A stretch of DNA of 63,704 nt, the filler included. It is 5 parts of 5 records of this genome, joined end to end, with 100 filler letters (N's around TTAATTAATTAA, not from the genome) between each part and the next. Parts side by side here need not be neighbours in the genome. Positions count along the whole stretch, not along the records: positions 51,104 to 63,704 come from SRR22947725_3653; 4 more parts are not named here. One strand, given 5' to 3'. The notes below the pieces were generated by a model. That model saw nothing but the letters and a program-made list of their open reading frames with translations. It searched no databases and was not told the origin of the DNA. Positions 53,445-63,445 of the stretch are shown in pieces. Made by a program: the position numbers and the translations under genes. The stretch's first letter is position 1. The number at the start of each line of letters is the position of its first letter.

Positions 53445-54347
53445 ATGATGGAACCAAGAATTAAAAACGGATGGCTTAGAGCAATTTTATTTATGCCAAT
53501 ATGGTTTTTTGCTCAAGCAATCGTACAGGGTTTTGGAGTTGTAGCAATAATGATTTCTAGCGGAGTTAATATGGAAGATCCTGCTGCTGTGGAAGCGTTT
53601 GCAGAAGGTCTAGGGGGAATGAGCTTTGGATCACCGATGATGCTAGTGATGTCAGTCCTTGGAATTATATCAAGTTTTGGTGCAATTTGGTTTATGATGG
53701 CAGTTATAAACAGAGAGCCATTGATGAATATTGGATTATCCACTGAAAATCGCGGTAAAGAGATGTTAGCTGGACTAGGAGGTGCTTTACTATTTATTGG
53801 AGGAATATTCCTTATTTTATGGGTTTTAGGCGCTATTACGTTAACAGGATCAGTTGGATTTAAAGCTGAAGTGTTTATGGTAAGCATGATGCTATTTGTA
53901 GCTGCATTTAATGAAGAGATTGTTTTTAGAGGATATCTTTTAAAAAACATGATGGATGAAACAGATAATAGATGGATTGCATTAGCTGGTTCTTCGGTCT
54001 TCTTTGCATTAGTGCATTCTTCAAACCCAAGCGTTTGGAGTACATGGGTTCCAATGACTGAGCTATTTGCTGCAGGGTTTATTCTCGGAATTAGCTATAC
54101 ATTTACTAAGAACTTATGGCTACCAACATTTTTCCATTTTGGATGGAATTTTTTCCAAGGATTATTTGGCTTTGAAATCAGTGGAATGGGTGTTGACACA
54201 TGGAAAATGATTTCTCATGAAAATACGGGAAATGTACCAGATATTATTTCTGGAGGAGCTTTCGGTATTGAGGGTTCTGTAATTTCTTTATGTTGCACTA
54301 TACTAGGTACTTATCTAATATTTAAGTACTACAATGACAAAGAATAA
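53445..54347 (+). CDS. CPBP (CAAX/Abi) intramembrane glutamic metalloprotease
   Basis: EEIVFRG, FALVH and HFGWN motifs; AAGGGAG SD. Confidence 0.95.
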   Translation: MMEPRIKNGWLRAILFMPIWFFAQAIVQGFGVVAIMISSGVNMEDPAAVEAFAEGLGGMSFGSPMMLVMSVLGIISSFGAIWFMMAVINREPLMNIGLSTENRGKEMLAGLGGALLFIGGIFLILWVLGAITLTGSVGFKAEVFMVSMMLFVAAFNEEIVFRGYLLKNMMDETDNRWIALAGSSVFFALVHSSNPSVWSTWVPMTELFAAGFILGISYTFTKNLWLPTFFHFGWNFFQGLFGFEISGMGVDTWKMISHENTGNVPDIISGGAFGIEGSVISLCCTILGTYLIFKYYNDKE

Positions 54348-54939
54348 ATCCTTTATTGAAATTGAGCCTCGGTGGTCTAAAAGAATAAATATTATCATAC
54401 TTATTCTTATAGCGATATCTTTTGGCTTATTTAATCTTACTTCTTCAGACATCCCGGAAGGGATGTTTGAAGATCCTAAAACAGGAAAACCTATGCTCTT
54501 AGGTACAATCGGAATAGAAGAACTGCAACAAGATCCTTTTGGTGGGTGGTTCCAAGTAGAATCGGATGCTTATCAAGTCGATACCGAATTAACTAATGCT
54601 ATAAGCAATCCAGGGCAATACACTTATGAAATTTTCCTTGGTACTTGGTGTGGAGATAGTAGAAGAGAAGTGCCTAGAATGGAGAAAATATTTAGTGAAA
54701 TGGGTATCGATATGGCTAATGTTTTAATTGTTACATTGGATCGTGATAAAGTCAGCCCTAGCGGTGAGCAAGAAGGTAGAGATATTCGATATGTCCCGAC
54801 TCTGATTGTTAGTAAGGATAATCAGGAAATAGGACGTATTGTTGAATCACCATCGTCTGAAACAGCAACTCTTGAAAGTGATTTATTTGAGATTTCTTTA
54901 GGTATTCCACCAGTACCAAACTACAGCGACATTGAGTGA
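54334..54939 (+). CDS. Membrane-anchored thioredoxin-like protein with a CxxS active site
   Basis: N-terminal TM helix, GTWCGDS, YVPT cis-Pro loop, EIGRIVESP. Confidence 0.85.
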   Translation: MTKNKSFIEIEPRWSKRINIIILILIAISFGLFNLTSSDIPEGMFEDPKTGKPMLLGTIGIEELQQDPFGGWFQVESDAYQVDTELTNAISNPGQYTYEIFLGTWCGDSRREVPRMEKIFSEMGIDMANVLIVTLDRDKVSPSGEQEGRDIRYVPTLIVSKDNQEIGRIVESPSSETATLESDLFEISLGIPPVPNYSDIE

Positions 54940-55145
54940 TGTTTGAAAATATTGAATTAGTTGGTTGGGTAGGCTCCACTCTTGTTATTCTTTCTTTTTT
55001 CTGGGATGGTTGGAAGATGAGAGTTATAAATACGTTCGGCTGTTTATCATGGATGTTTTATGCAATTGTGCAAGAAAGCATGAGTTTGCTCTTTGTAAAT
55101 GCAGCTATCATTTTTGTCCATATTTACAAAACACTTTCAAAATAA
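54939..55145 (+). CDS. Small three-TM protein (YgjV-like)
   Basis: VGWVGSTLVILSF...MRVINTFGC...VN; TGATG coupling with the upstream gene. Confidence 0.75.
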   Translation: MFENIELVGWVGSTLVILSFFWDGWKMRVINTFGCLSWMFYAIVQESMSLLFVNAAIIFVHIYKTLSK

Positions 55146-55161
55146 GTATATTTATTTCAGT

Positions 55162-56643
55162 CTAATTTGTTTTTTCTTCAATAAATCTATCTGCAGCACT
55201 AAAAATAAGTTGAGTTCTCTCCGGTTTTAACCTCTCAAGCGCTCTAGGCATGACAGCTAATCTTGGATTAGTTTTAAAGTAGTCTAAATTATTTTTAATA
55301 AATGACCAGTATAGTCCATCAACAATATCGCACCATGGACCTTTTTTAAAATTACTCATGCGCATGATATAGCTTGAGCCGCAGATATATGGTTTTGTGG
55401 AGAAAACACCTCCATCTGCAAATGTACCCATGCCATAAACATTTGGAACCATTACCCATTCTGATGCATCAATATACATTTCAAGGAACCATCTATAAAT
55501 CTCATCCGGATGAATACCTGAAAGATTCATAATATTTGAAATTACCATTAACCTGTTTATATGATGTGTATACCCATATTCTGTAGTGAGTTTAATAGCG
55601 TCGTCAAGTGGATCTATGCCTGTGGTGCCTTTATACCAATCATCAGTTAATTTTTTCTGATTATCAAAAAAATTATGACCCAGCTGTTTATGACTCCTTG
55701 TTTGATAAACACCTCTAATAAATTCTCTCCAACCCATAATTTGACGTACAAAACCTTCAACAGAATTGATGGAGGTATTATTTTTTTTGCTAAAATTAAT
55801 AGCTTCATTAATCACATCATTTGGTGTTAATAATCCTACATTAAGTAGTGGGCTAATTGCTGAATGAAATAAAAAATTATGATCTTGATAAATTGCATCT
55901 TCATATGGCCCAAATAACTCAAATTTTATGGTTAAAAAATCATGAAAAAATTTGATTGAATCTTTACGAGTAAGTGGAATCCAAGAATCATCAGAAGTTT
56001 CCCCGGGGTGATCTGAAAACGATTTAGTAACAAATTTATTAACTGCTTTTAAATGATCGCTTTTAAAGGTTTTTTTTGAAGGAATTTCTAAACCTTTTGG
56101 TATCTTTTTCCTGTTAAGTTCATCGAAATTCCATTGGCCGCCAACGGGTTTATTATCTTCCATTAAAATATTAAATTCTTTTCGAGATTTTCTATAGAAA
56201 TTTTCTAATAATAGTGTTCGTTTTCCTTGTTGATAATTTTCAAAATATGATCTACTATGCATAAACATCGGTGAATCAAGAATTTCATAGTCGATAGATT
56301 GACTGTCAAGAAAGTCTAAAATTACAGATTCAACATCCTTGTCTTCAATCTCATAAAGATAAATTTTTTCAGGTCTAATACTTTTAATGCATTCTGAGAG
56401 TTTAAATGAAATAGATTTTTCAAAAAGGTTATTGAAATCATAGTAGGATACATTATAGCCAGATTTAGTCATTTCATCTTTATACTCTCTCATTGTAGAT
56501 AAAAAGAAGGCTAGTTTCTTTTTGTGGTGTTTAACATTTGTACAAAGCGTTAAATCTTCACACATAAAAATATTAGTTACATCGTCTGGATGATTTTTTT
56601 TATCAAATAGTTGATTACCTAAAACAATTAATAAAGAATTCAT
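55162..56643 (-). CDS. Prokaryotic (6-4) photolyase/cryptochrome (PhrB/CryB, COG3046 family), apparently lacking Fe-S cysteines
   Basis: LGNQLF, HHKKKL, GGQWNFD, FGPYEDA, GFVRQIMGWREF, HHINRLM, PNVYGM. Confidence 0.93.
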   Translation of the reverse strand: MNSLLIVLGNQLFDKKNHPDDVTNIFMCEDLTLCTNVKHHKKKLAFFLSTMREYKDEMTKSGYNVSYYDFNNLFEKSISFKLSECIKSIRPEKIYLYEIEDKDVESVILDFLDSQSIDYEILDSPMFMHSRSYFENYQQGKRTLLLENFYRKSRKEFNILMEDNKPVGGQWNFDELNRKKIPKGLEIPSKKTFKSDHLKAVNKFVTKSFSDHPGETSDDSWIPLTRKDSIKFFHDFLTIKFELFGPYEDAIYQDHNFLFHSAISPLLNVGLLTPNDVINEAINFSKKNNTSINSVEGFVRQIMGWREFIRGVYQTRSHKQLGHNFFDNQKKLTDDWYKGTTGIDPLDDAIKLTTEYGYTHHINRLMVISNIMNLSGIHPDEIYRWFLEMYIDASEWVMVPNVYGMGTFADGGVFSTKPYICGSSYIMRMSNFKKGPWCDIVDGLYWSFIKNNLDYFKTNPRLAVMPRALERLKPERTQLIFSAADRFIEEKTN

Positions 56644-56931
56644 TTATTGTTGAGTATTTTTATACTCTTGAGGTGTCAAGGTTTTCATGGTTAAGGCATG
56701 AATCTCAACATGCATATACTCATCAACTGCTTTATATACTAATTGATGTCTTTCAATTAAGCTCATCCCTTCAAAATCTGGACTAACCAAAGTCATACTC
56801 AGATGAAAATTGCCATCAAATGTTGCATGATTCTCGTGCTGAGCAGTATAGTCATAGACATTGATTGACTCAACCGTAATCGCGTCAGATATTTTTTTAG
56901 AAATTATGTTCTGTAATTCTTCAAGCTTCAT
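56644..56931 (-). CDS. BolA family protein
   Basis: H..H, VSPDFEGMSLIERHQLVY, IHAL. Confidence 0.93.
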   Translation of the reverse strand: MKLEELQNIISKKISDAITVESINVYDYTAQHENHATFDGNFHLSMTLVSPDFEGMSLIERHQLVYKAVDEYMHVEIHALTMKTLTPQEYKNTQQ

Positions 56932-56945
56932 TGTAAATTTGCATT

Positions 56946-58571
56946 ATGATATCTGAATTTAATTCAAAATTCATAAAATACTTATGTCTTTTAGTATTTT
57001 TACAAGCATGCGCTTATTTTAACACTTTTTATAACGCAGAAGAACATTATAGCAATGCTGAAAAATTAAGAATTCAAAGTCTTGGAAGCTCATTACCGGC
57101 AAAAGCAATTCAAGAATATGGCAAAGCCATTGACAAATCTGATAAAGTTTTAAATGAGTATAGTGATAGCGATTATGTGAAAGATGCAATGCTTATAAAA
57201 GGAAAATCTCATTTCTTTCGAAGAGAATATGATAGTGCCAAGGAAGTATTTTTTCAATTACAAGAATCAAAAGAAGAATTTTTTATTGATGAGACAAAAT
57301 ACTGGCTGGCATTATGTAAATGGAAAGATTTTAAGCCTCAGCCAGCAATTAACGACCTCAAAGACCTGCTTTCTAGTACAGATTCAATTGAATTACAGTC
57401 ACGTATATATTTAGTTCTGGGTGAGATATATCTTGAAAATGAAGATTCTGATAATGCATTTTACTTTCTTAACTTAGGAGCTGAGACGAGCAAAGATCGT
57501 CTTACTAGAGAGCAAATTTATTTTCAGATTGCGGAGTTATCATATGAAAAGAAAATTTATGAACAAGCTTTAGATGGCTATAAAAAAGTTCTTAATAATA
57601 GTATATCGATAAATAGAATTCGTGAATCAAACTTAAAAATTATTCAAACATATCGCTTGTTGGGTCAAATTGAACAATCTAAGAGTAGAATCGAGAAACT
57701 TTTATTAAACGATGATTTTTCATCAATAAAGTCTGATCTTCGATTAGAATTGATCAAGATAGAATTAGATCAGAGTAACACACAATTTGCTATCGAAAGC
57801 TTAGACATTATTGCTCAAGATTATCCGAATACAAAAATTGCGATTGAGGCATACTATATTTTATCTACATTGTACTTAGAAAGTCCAAATTTGGATTTTG
57901 AAAAGTCTAGCTTTTTTATGAATGAAGCAATGAAGCAAAATGCAAATTCTATCCATAAAGTATTAATTTCAAATAAGCGCGATGCAGTTGCCAGTTTGAT
58001 TAAGTTAGATCAATCATTGAAAAAAGAGGATAATACAGATAAGTCTATAACACTTTATAGGCTAGGTGAGATATTAGCCTTTGATTTAGGCAATTTGAAT
58101 GACTCAATTAGTTATTTTGAAAATATTGTAAATAATTTTGAACAATCGAAAGTTTTTCTGTCGGCAACATTTGCACTCTACTCAATATATAACAAACAGA
58201 ATGATGATCGTAAAAATATGTATAAAGAAAGAATTTTGAATGTATATCCTGATTCAGATTTTGCAAAGTTTATTATTGATGATTTAAGCTTAGATGCAAC
58301 TCACAAGCCATCAGAAATGCTATTAAAGGCAGAAAGTTTATGGTCTATAAACTCAGATGAGTCTCTAAAGATATATAGAAGTATTCTGAATATAGATTCA
58401 TCTACAGAATCTTCAAATATTGCGGCATATTTTTTAGGCTATCATTATGACTATGAACTATCTAATGCAGATAGTGCTATCGCTTATTATAAATGGCTAG
58501 TTAGAAAGCATCCCAATTCTCAGCAAGGTGAGTTGGCACAAAAAAGATTAGAGAGTTTAGATGTTGAATAA
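56946..58571 (+). CDS. TPR-repeat lipoprotein
   Basis: Lipobox LQAC, YFNTFYNA and many TPR-like helix pairs. Confidence 0.85.
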   Translation: MISEFNSKFIKYLCLLVFLQACAYFNTFYNAEEHYSNAEKLRIQSLGSSLPAKAIQEYGKAIDKSDKVLNEYSDSDYVKDAMLIKGKSHFFRREYDSAKEVFFQLQESKEEFFIDETKYWLALCKWKDFKPQPAINDLKDLLSSTDSIELQSRIYLVLGEIYLENEDSDNAFYFLNLGAETSKDRLTREQIYFQIAELSYEKKIYEQALDGYKKVLNNSISINRIRESNLKIIQTYRLLGQIEQSKSRIEKLLLNDDFSSIKSDLRLELIKIELDQSNTQFAIESLDIIAQDYPNTKIAIEAYYILSTLYLESPNLDFEKSSFFMNEAMKQNANSIHKVLISNKRDAVASLIKLDQSLKKEDNTDKSITLYRLGEILAFDLGNLNDSISYFENIVNNFEQSKVFLSATFALYSIYNKQNDDRKNMYKERILNVYPDSDFAKFIIDDLSLDATHKPSEMLLKAESLWSINSDESLKIYRSILNIDSSTESSNIAAYFLGYHYDYELSNADSAIAYYKWLVRKHPNSQQGELAQKRLESLDVE

Positions 58572-59625
58572 GATTAGAGCACAAATTCTCTCGTTAAATT
58601 TTAAAATCATTCGCAGATCTGTGATAAGCATTTTTGCAAGTTGGCCAAAAGATTTAGAAAGGGCAATCATTCTAGGAGACTCCTTAAATCACATTCTAAT
58701 GAGTACTCCACTTAGATATTTTTTCAAATTTAAAATTCCAAAAAATATAGGTACAAAATTATATGATTTATCTTTTCCTTCTCCACTAATAGCGGCATCC
58801 TTTAAAGATGACGTAAGTTCACTTGTTCAGTGGCAATTAGTTGGTTTAGGCGGTATGACGTATAAAACAGTGCTGAAAACACCGTCAGATGGCAATAATA
58901 GGCCAAGAATACAAGAAATTAAGTATGATGGTGGGTATGGTTTAATCAATTCGCTTGGTCTTCCCACAAAAGGAGTTCAATATTTTGTTGATAGCTTTCA
59001 AAATCCAAAGCTTTTATCATTTAATAGGCCTATTGGGATAAGTGTGGGAGGAAATAGTATTGATGAATATTTGGACGTGTTCAATCAGGTTAACTCTAAA
59101 GTATCCCAATCAATATTTGATCGGTTCTTTTATGAGTTAAATATAAGTTGTCCTAATACTGATGACGGAAAGTGTCTCAGCGATGATAAGGAGGGATTAA
59201 AAGCCTTGTTAATAGAAATGAGAAATTCTTGTTCTAATGTTATTGTTGTGAAAGTGTCTCCCGATAGTAGCAAGCAGAATATGTTCGAAATTTGTGAGAC
59301 ATTAGCTAGTGTTGATAAATGTGCTATTAATTTAGGTAATACAAAATATATAACAGCAACATCAGTAGGATTAAATAAGAGTACTTTTTCAAAAGATGGA
59401 GGAGGTTTGAGTGGGATTGGCCTACTTAATACTACATTAAAAAATGTTGAATTGATATCATCTAATTTTGATTTACCTATTATCGCTACTGGAGGTATTT
59501 CTTGTTACAACGATGTAAGTCTAGCTTTGAAGAAAGGCGCTACCTTAGTAGGTATGGCAAGTCAGTTAGTAATAGATCCATTTCAGATTCCTCTAATTAA
59601 TAGTAAATTATCAGATGAAAACTAA
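58561..59625 (+). CDS. pyrD: Dihydroorotate dehydrogenase-like FMN enzyme
   Basis: GNNRPRI, INSLGL, ELNISCPNT, VKVSPD, GGLSG, ATGGI. Confidence 0.85.
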   Translation: MLNKIRAQILSLNFKIIRRSVISIFASWPKDLERAIILGDSLNHILMSTPLRYFFKFKIPKNIGTKLYDLSFPSPLIAASFKDDVSSLVQWQLVGLGGMTYKTVLKTPSDGNNRPRIQEIKYDGGYGLINSLGLPTKGVQYFVDSFQNPKLLSFNRPIGISVGGNSIDEYLDVFNQVNSKVSQSIFDRFFYELNISCPNTDDGKCLSDDKEGLKALLIEMRNSCSNVIVVKVSPDSSKQNMFEICETLASVDKCAINLGNTKYITATSVGLNKSTFSKDGGGLSGIGLLNTTLKNVELISSNFDLPIIATGGISCYNDVSLALKKGATLVGMASQLVIDPFQIPLINSKLSDEN

Positions 59626-60061
59626 TATTATATTCACTTTTATTCTTTGTTTTGTTGTTGGTTGCGGCCCTAATATTGCTTACGGCGACTATGTGAATTC
59701 TAAGGGGATGAGTCGCAAGCAAATTGAAGCTATAAAAAATCATCCGAGAGTGCAGGTAGGTATTGCATCATATTATGGAAAAAAATTTCACAAGAAGCTT
59801 ACAGCAAATGGAGAAACTTTTAATATGTACAAGGTTAGTGCAGCTCATAAGACGTATCCATTAGGCACAAAAGTCAAGGTAACCAATCTAGAAAATGGAA
59901 AGTCGATAAAGCTCTTTATTAATGATCGCGGTCCTTTTGCGAAAGGTCGTATTCTCGACCTGTCTTACAAAGCAGCTAGAAAATTAGACTTTGTAAATCA
60001 AGGGACAACTAAAGTTCGAATTGATGTGATAAGACTTGGTGATAATAAATATCATAAATGA
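59615..60061 (+). CDS. rlpA: RlpA-family lytic transglycosylase lipoprotein (DPBB only, no SPOR domain)
   Basis: Lipobox VVGC, GIASYYG, TANGE, AAHKT, INDRGPF, DLS. Confidence 0.93.
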   Translation: MKTNIIFTFILCFVVGCGPNIAYGDYVNSKGMSRKQIEAIKNHPRVQVGIASYYGKKFHKKLTANGETFNMYKVSAAHKTYPLGTKVKVTNLENGKSIKLFINDRGPFAKGRILDLSYKAARKLDFVNQGTTKVRIDVIRLGDNKYHK

Positions 60062-60948
60062 AAAATATTCTCTGCATCGTTAATCCTGTTAGCGGGTTAA
60101 AGAAATCACTTAAAGTATATTATGAACTTGAAAATACTATCAAAGAGCATAGTTTTAATCCTGAATTATTAATAACTAAATACGCAGGTCATGCACGAAA
60201 AGTTGTATCAGAATTACAATCAGATCAGTTTGATCGCATCTTAATATTTGGTGGAGATGGAACAGTTAATGAAGTAGTTAATGGATTGTACCAATCAGAT
60301 TTATGTTCATTTTTTCCTATTGGAATTATACCTACTGGTTCGGGAAATTCTGTTGTTCATGATATCAACTATCTAGACTATAATATTGCAATAAAAAAAG
60401 CTTTATCCGACGATATTCGATTAATGGATGTAAATAAAGCCATCTTTGATAATGAAGTAAGATTGAGTATTAGTGTAATAGGGTGGGGTATGTTTTCTTT
60501 TGGTAATGTATTAGCAGAAAAGTTAAGATTTTTAGGTACCATTAGATATGATGTAGCCTCTGTTATAAAATTGCTAGAAAAAACTCTATATAAGGCATTA
60601 ATTTCTATCGATGGAGAGATGTCTAATATTTCTTGCGCTTTTATGGTTGGATGTAATAGTGTTCATACGGGCAAAGGCATGAAAATAGCTCCATCGGGAG
60701 GTTTTTATGACGAAATGATTGATATGGTAATCGTAAAAGACGATGTTAGTAGATTGCAGCTAGTTAAGGTTTTTAAAGAGGTTTATACAGGAAAACATAC
60801 TAATTTACCATATGTTCATATGAGTAAGGTAAAATCATTCTCTATTGATGCATTAAAGGATTCATATTTTAATGTCGACGGAGAGATAATAAAAAGTAAG
60901 AAAGTTTCCGTACAAATACTCCCAAAGACAATTAAGCTTTTGGTATAA
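60058..60948 (+). CDS. Diacylglycerol/lipid kinase (YegS/DgkB family)
   Basis: NPVSG, GGDGTVNEV, PTGSGN, VDGE. Confidence 0.93.
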   Translation: MKNILCIVNPVSGLKKSLKVYYELENTIKEHSFNPELLITKYAGHARKVVSELQSDQFDRILIFGGDGTVNEVVNGLYQSDLCSFFPIGIIPTGSGNSVVHDINYLDYNIAIKKALSDDIRLMDVNKAIFDNEVRLSISVIGWGMFSFGNVLAEKLRFLGTIRYDVASVIKLLEKTLYKALISIDGEMSNISCAFMVGCNSVHTGKGMKIAPSGGFYDEMIDMVIVKDDVSRLQLVKVFKEVYTGKHTNLPYVHMSKVKSFSIDALKDSYFNVDGEIIKSKKVSVQILPKTIKLLV

Positions 60949-60974
60949 TTCTAAACTTTGATTAGTTTGGCCTA

Positions 60975-61622
60975 ATGAGCGCTTTAAAGTCTAGATTAGC
61001 AATAGGAATAACAGGATTTCCACTCGTTGTATTAGCTGTATTGAACGGAGGATGGATCTTCAATTTTATCATAGTATTAGCTGCAGCAATTGCATTTAAA
61101 GAATTTCTATCTCTAAAGTCACAAAGCGATAATACAGTTTTATGGATACTATTTGGCTTTGTATATGTACTAGGAAGTCTTTTTTGTTTATTAGTACTTC
61201 GAGATATTGATGGATTGCTAGGTTCTTATTTTACGCTAATATTATTTGCAGGTGTTTCTGTAAATGATTCTTTTTCATACATATTTGGTAAGTGGATTGG
61301 TGGTAAAAAAATCGCACCATCAATTAGTCCTAACAAAACATATGCTGGCTTAATTGGGGGGCTTGTCGGTACAGTTTTTTTCGTATTATTGTTCAGTAAA
61401 TTTATATTTCCCTTAACAGTTATAGATCAGTGTGTATTTATTATTATATTAAATATTGTTGGATTTTTTGGTGATATATTTGAATCATCTTTAAAGCGAA
61501 GAGTAAATATAAAGGATTCTTCTCGTCTATTAATGGGTCATGGAGGCATGTTAGATAGATTAGACTCTTTAATATTGACAACTCCAGTCACATTGTTTTA
61601 TGTTATTGCGTATTATTTATGA
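60975..61622 (+). CDS. cdsA: Phosphatidate cytidylyltransferase
   Basis: SPNKT, GDIFESSLKR...KDS...GHGGMLDRLDS. Confidence 0.95.
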   Translation: MSALKSRLAIGITGFPLVVLAVLNGGWIFNFIIVLAAAIAFKEFLSLKSQSDNTVLWILFGFVYVLGSLFCLLVLRDIDGLLGSYFTLILFAGVSVNDSFSYIFGKWIGGKKIAPSISPNKTYAGLIGGLVGTVFFVLLFSKFIFPLTVIDQCVFIIILNIVGFFGDIFESSLKRRVNIKDSSRLLMGHGGMLDRLDSLILTTPVTLFYVIAYYL

Positions 61623-63445
61623 GTAAAAAAATTAAATCTATATTAGCAACAGATTGTGGTAGTACAACCACAAAAGCTATTCTAATTGAATGGAAAGATG
61701 ATCGTTATAGACTCACTTTTAGAGGGGAAGCTCCTACAACAGTTGAAGCTCCTTTTGAAGATGTAACTAAGGGTGTATTAAATGCTGTAATGGAAGTTGA
61801 AGAGCTATCCGGAAGAACTATTTTAAATGGAGATCAAATTATCACGCCAGATAACGGAGAAAAGGGTGTAGATATTTATGTTTCTACAAGCTCTGCTGGT
61901 GGAGGCTTGCAAATGATGGTAGCTGGTGTAGTAAAGTCTATGTCCGGTGAGAGTGCGGAGAGAGCTGCATTGGGCGCAGGATCAATCGTAATGGATGTTC
62001 TAGCGTCAAATGATGGTAGGTTGCCACATGAAAAGATTACACGCATAAGACAGCTAAGGCCAGATATGATACTATTATCCGGAGGAACGGACGGCGGAAC
62101 AACGACTCATGTAATGGAGTTAGCTGAAATTTTAGCAGCAGCCAATCCTCGACCCCGTTTAGGACAAAATTATAAGTTGCCTGTTATATATGCTGGAAAC
62201 AATAAAGCACAGGACTCTATCCAGTCAACTCTCGGTGAGATTTCAGATTTAGATATTGTTGACAATATTAGACCAGTACTTGAGAGAGAGAATCTTGAGC
62301 CTTCTCGTGATAAAATTCATGATCTTTTCATGGAGCATGTTATGGCGCAAGCACCTGGATATAAGAAATTAATGTCTTGGACAGACGCTCCTATTATGCC
62401 AACACCTGGAGCAGTAGGATCGTTAATTGAGATGATTGCAAAAAAAGAAGGTATTTCTGTAGTAGGAGTTGATATTGGTGGAGCAACAACAGATATATTT
62501 TCCGTTTTCGAAGAAAAATTTAATCGTACAGTAAGTGCTAATCTTGGGATGAGCTATTCAATTTGTAATGTATTAGCTGAATCAGGATTAGATAATGTCC
62601 TAAGATGGGTACCTTTTGATATTGATCGTAGTGAGTTAACAAATCGTATTGGTAACAAAATGATTCGTCCAACTACAGTGCCACAATCACTAGAAGAATT
62701 AGTAATCGAACAAGCAATTGCCAGAGAAGCATTGAGATTATCTTTTATCCAACATAAAGCTTTTGCTACTAGTCTTAAAGGGGTGCAATCAGAGCGAACT
62801 ATATCTGATGCTTTTGAACAGTCTTCTAGTGGACAATCTTTAGTTAATATGATGGATTTAGATTTATTAGTTGGATCAGGTGGTGTATTGTCACATGCTC
62901 CTCGTCGTCAACAATCTGCTAGAATGCTTATTGATGCTTTCATGCCTGAAGGTATTACTCAGCTAGCAGTTGATTCAATATTTATGATGCCTCAATTAGG
63001 AGTGTTAGCAAATATTGATAAAAAAGAATTAAAAGATGATGCTAGTCAGGCTGCTTTAGAAGTGTTTGATAATGATTGCTTGATCAGACTTGGAACATGT
63101 GTTACTCCAGTAGGAAAAGTTAAGCCAAAATCTAAAATGGCACAGGTTTCACTAACATTTAAAGATGGATCAACCAAAGAAATAGAAGTTTTAGAAGGTT
63201 CATTGGAAATGCTTGAAGTTCCTTACGAAGAGGTAAAGGTTAATATTGTACCGTCAAGAGGAGTAGATGTTGGCGCCGGAAAAGGCGAGCCGTTAGACTC
63301 TGTGATTTTTGGGGGAGTGGTTGGTTTAATTTTTGATGGACGTAATAGACCAATTACCTTATCCACTGATCCATCTCAAAGAATTGAAAGTTTATTAAAC
63401 TGGTCAAATGCAGTAGATGAATATCCTAAAGGAGATCTTTTTTAA
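61619..63445 (+). CDS. GlmL/MutL (glutamate mutase L)-like ASKHA ATPase
   Basis: ASKHA motifs DCGSTTTK, DIGGATTD and GSGGVL; TSSAGGGLQM, AERAALGAG and LSGGTDGG typical of the GlmL family. Confidence 0.88.
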   Translation: MSKKIKSILATDCGSTTTKAILIEWKDDRYRLTFRGEAPTTVEAPFEDVTKGVLNAVMEVEELSGRTILNGDQIITPDNGEKGVDIYVSTSSAGGGLQMMVAGVVKSMSGESAERAALGAGSIVMDVLASNDGRLPHEKITRIRQLRPDMILLSGGTDGGTTTHVMELAEILAAANPRPRLGQNYKLPVIYAGNNKAQDSIQSTLGEISDLDIVDNIRPVLERENLEPSRDKIHDLFMEHVMAQAPGYKKLMSWTDAPIMPTPGAVGSLIEMIAKKEGISVVGVDIGGATTDIFSVFEEKFNRTVSANLGMSYSICNVLAESGLDNVLRWVPFDIDRSELTNRIGNKMIRPTTVPQSLEELVIEQAIAREALRLSFIQHKAFATSLKGVQSERTISDAFEQSSSGQSLVNMMDLDLLVGSGGVLSHAPRRQQSARMLIDAFMPEGITQLAVDSIFMMPQLGVLANIDKKELKDDASQAALEVFDNDCLIRLGTCVTPVGKVKPKSKMAQVSLTFKDGSTKEIEVLEGSLEMLEVPYEEVKVNIVPSRGVDVGAGKGEPLDSVIFGGVVGLIFDGRNRPITLSTDPSQRIESLLNWSNAVDEYPKGDLF

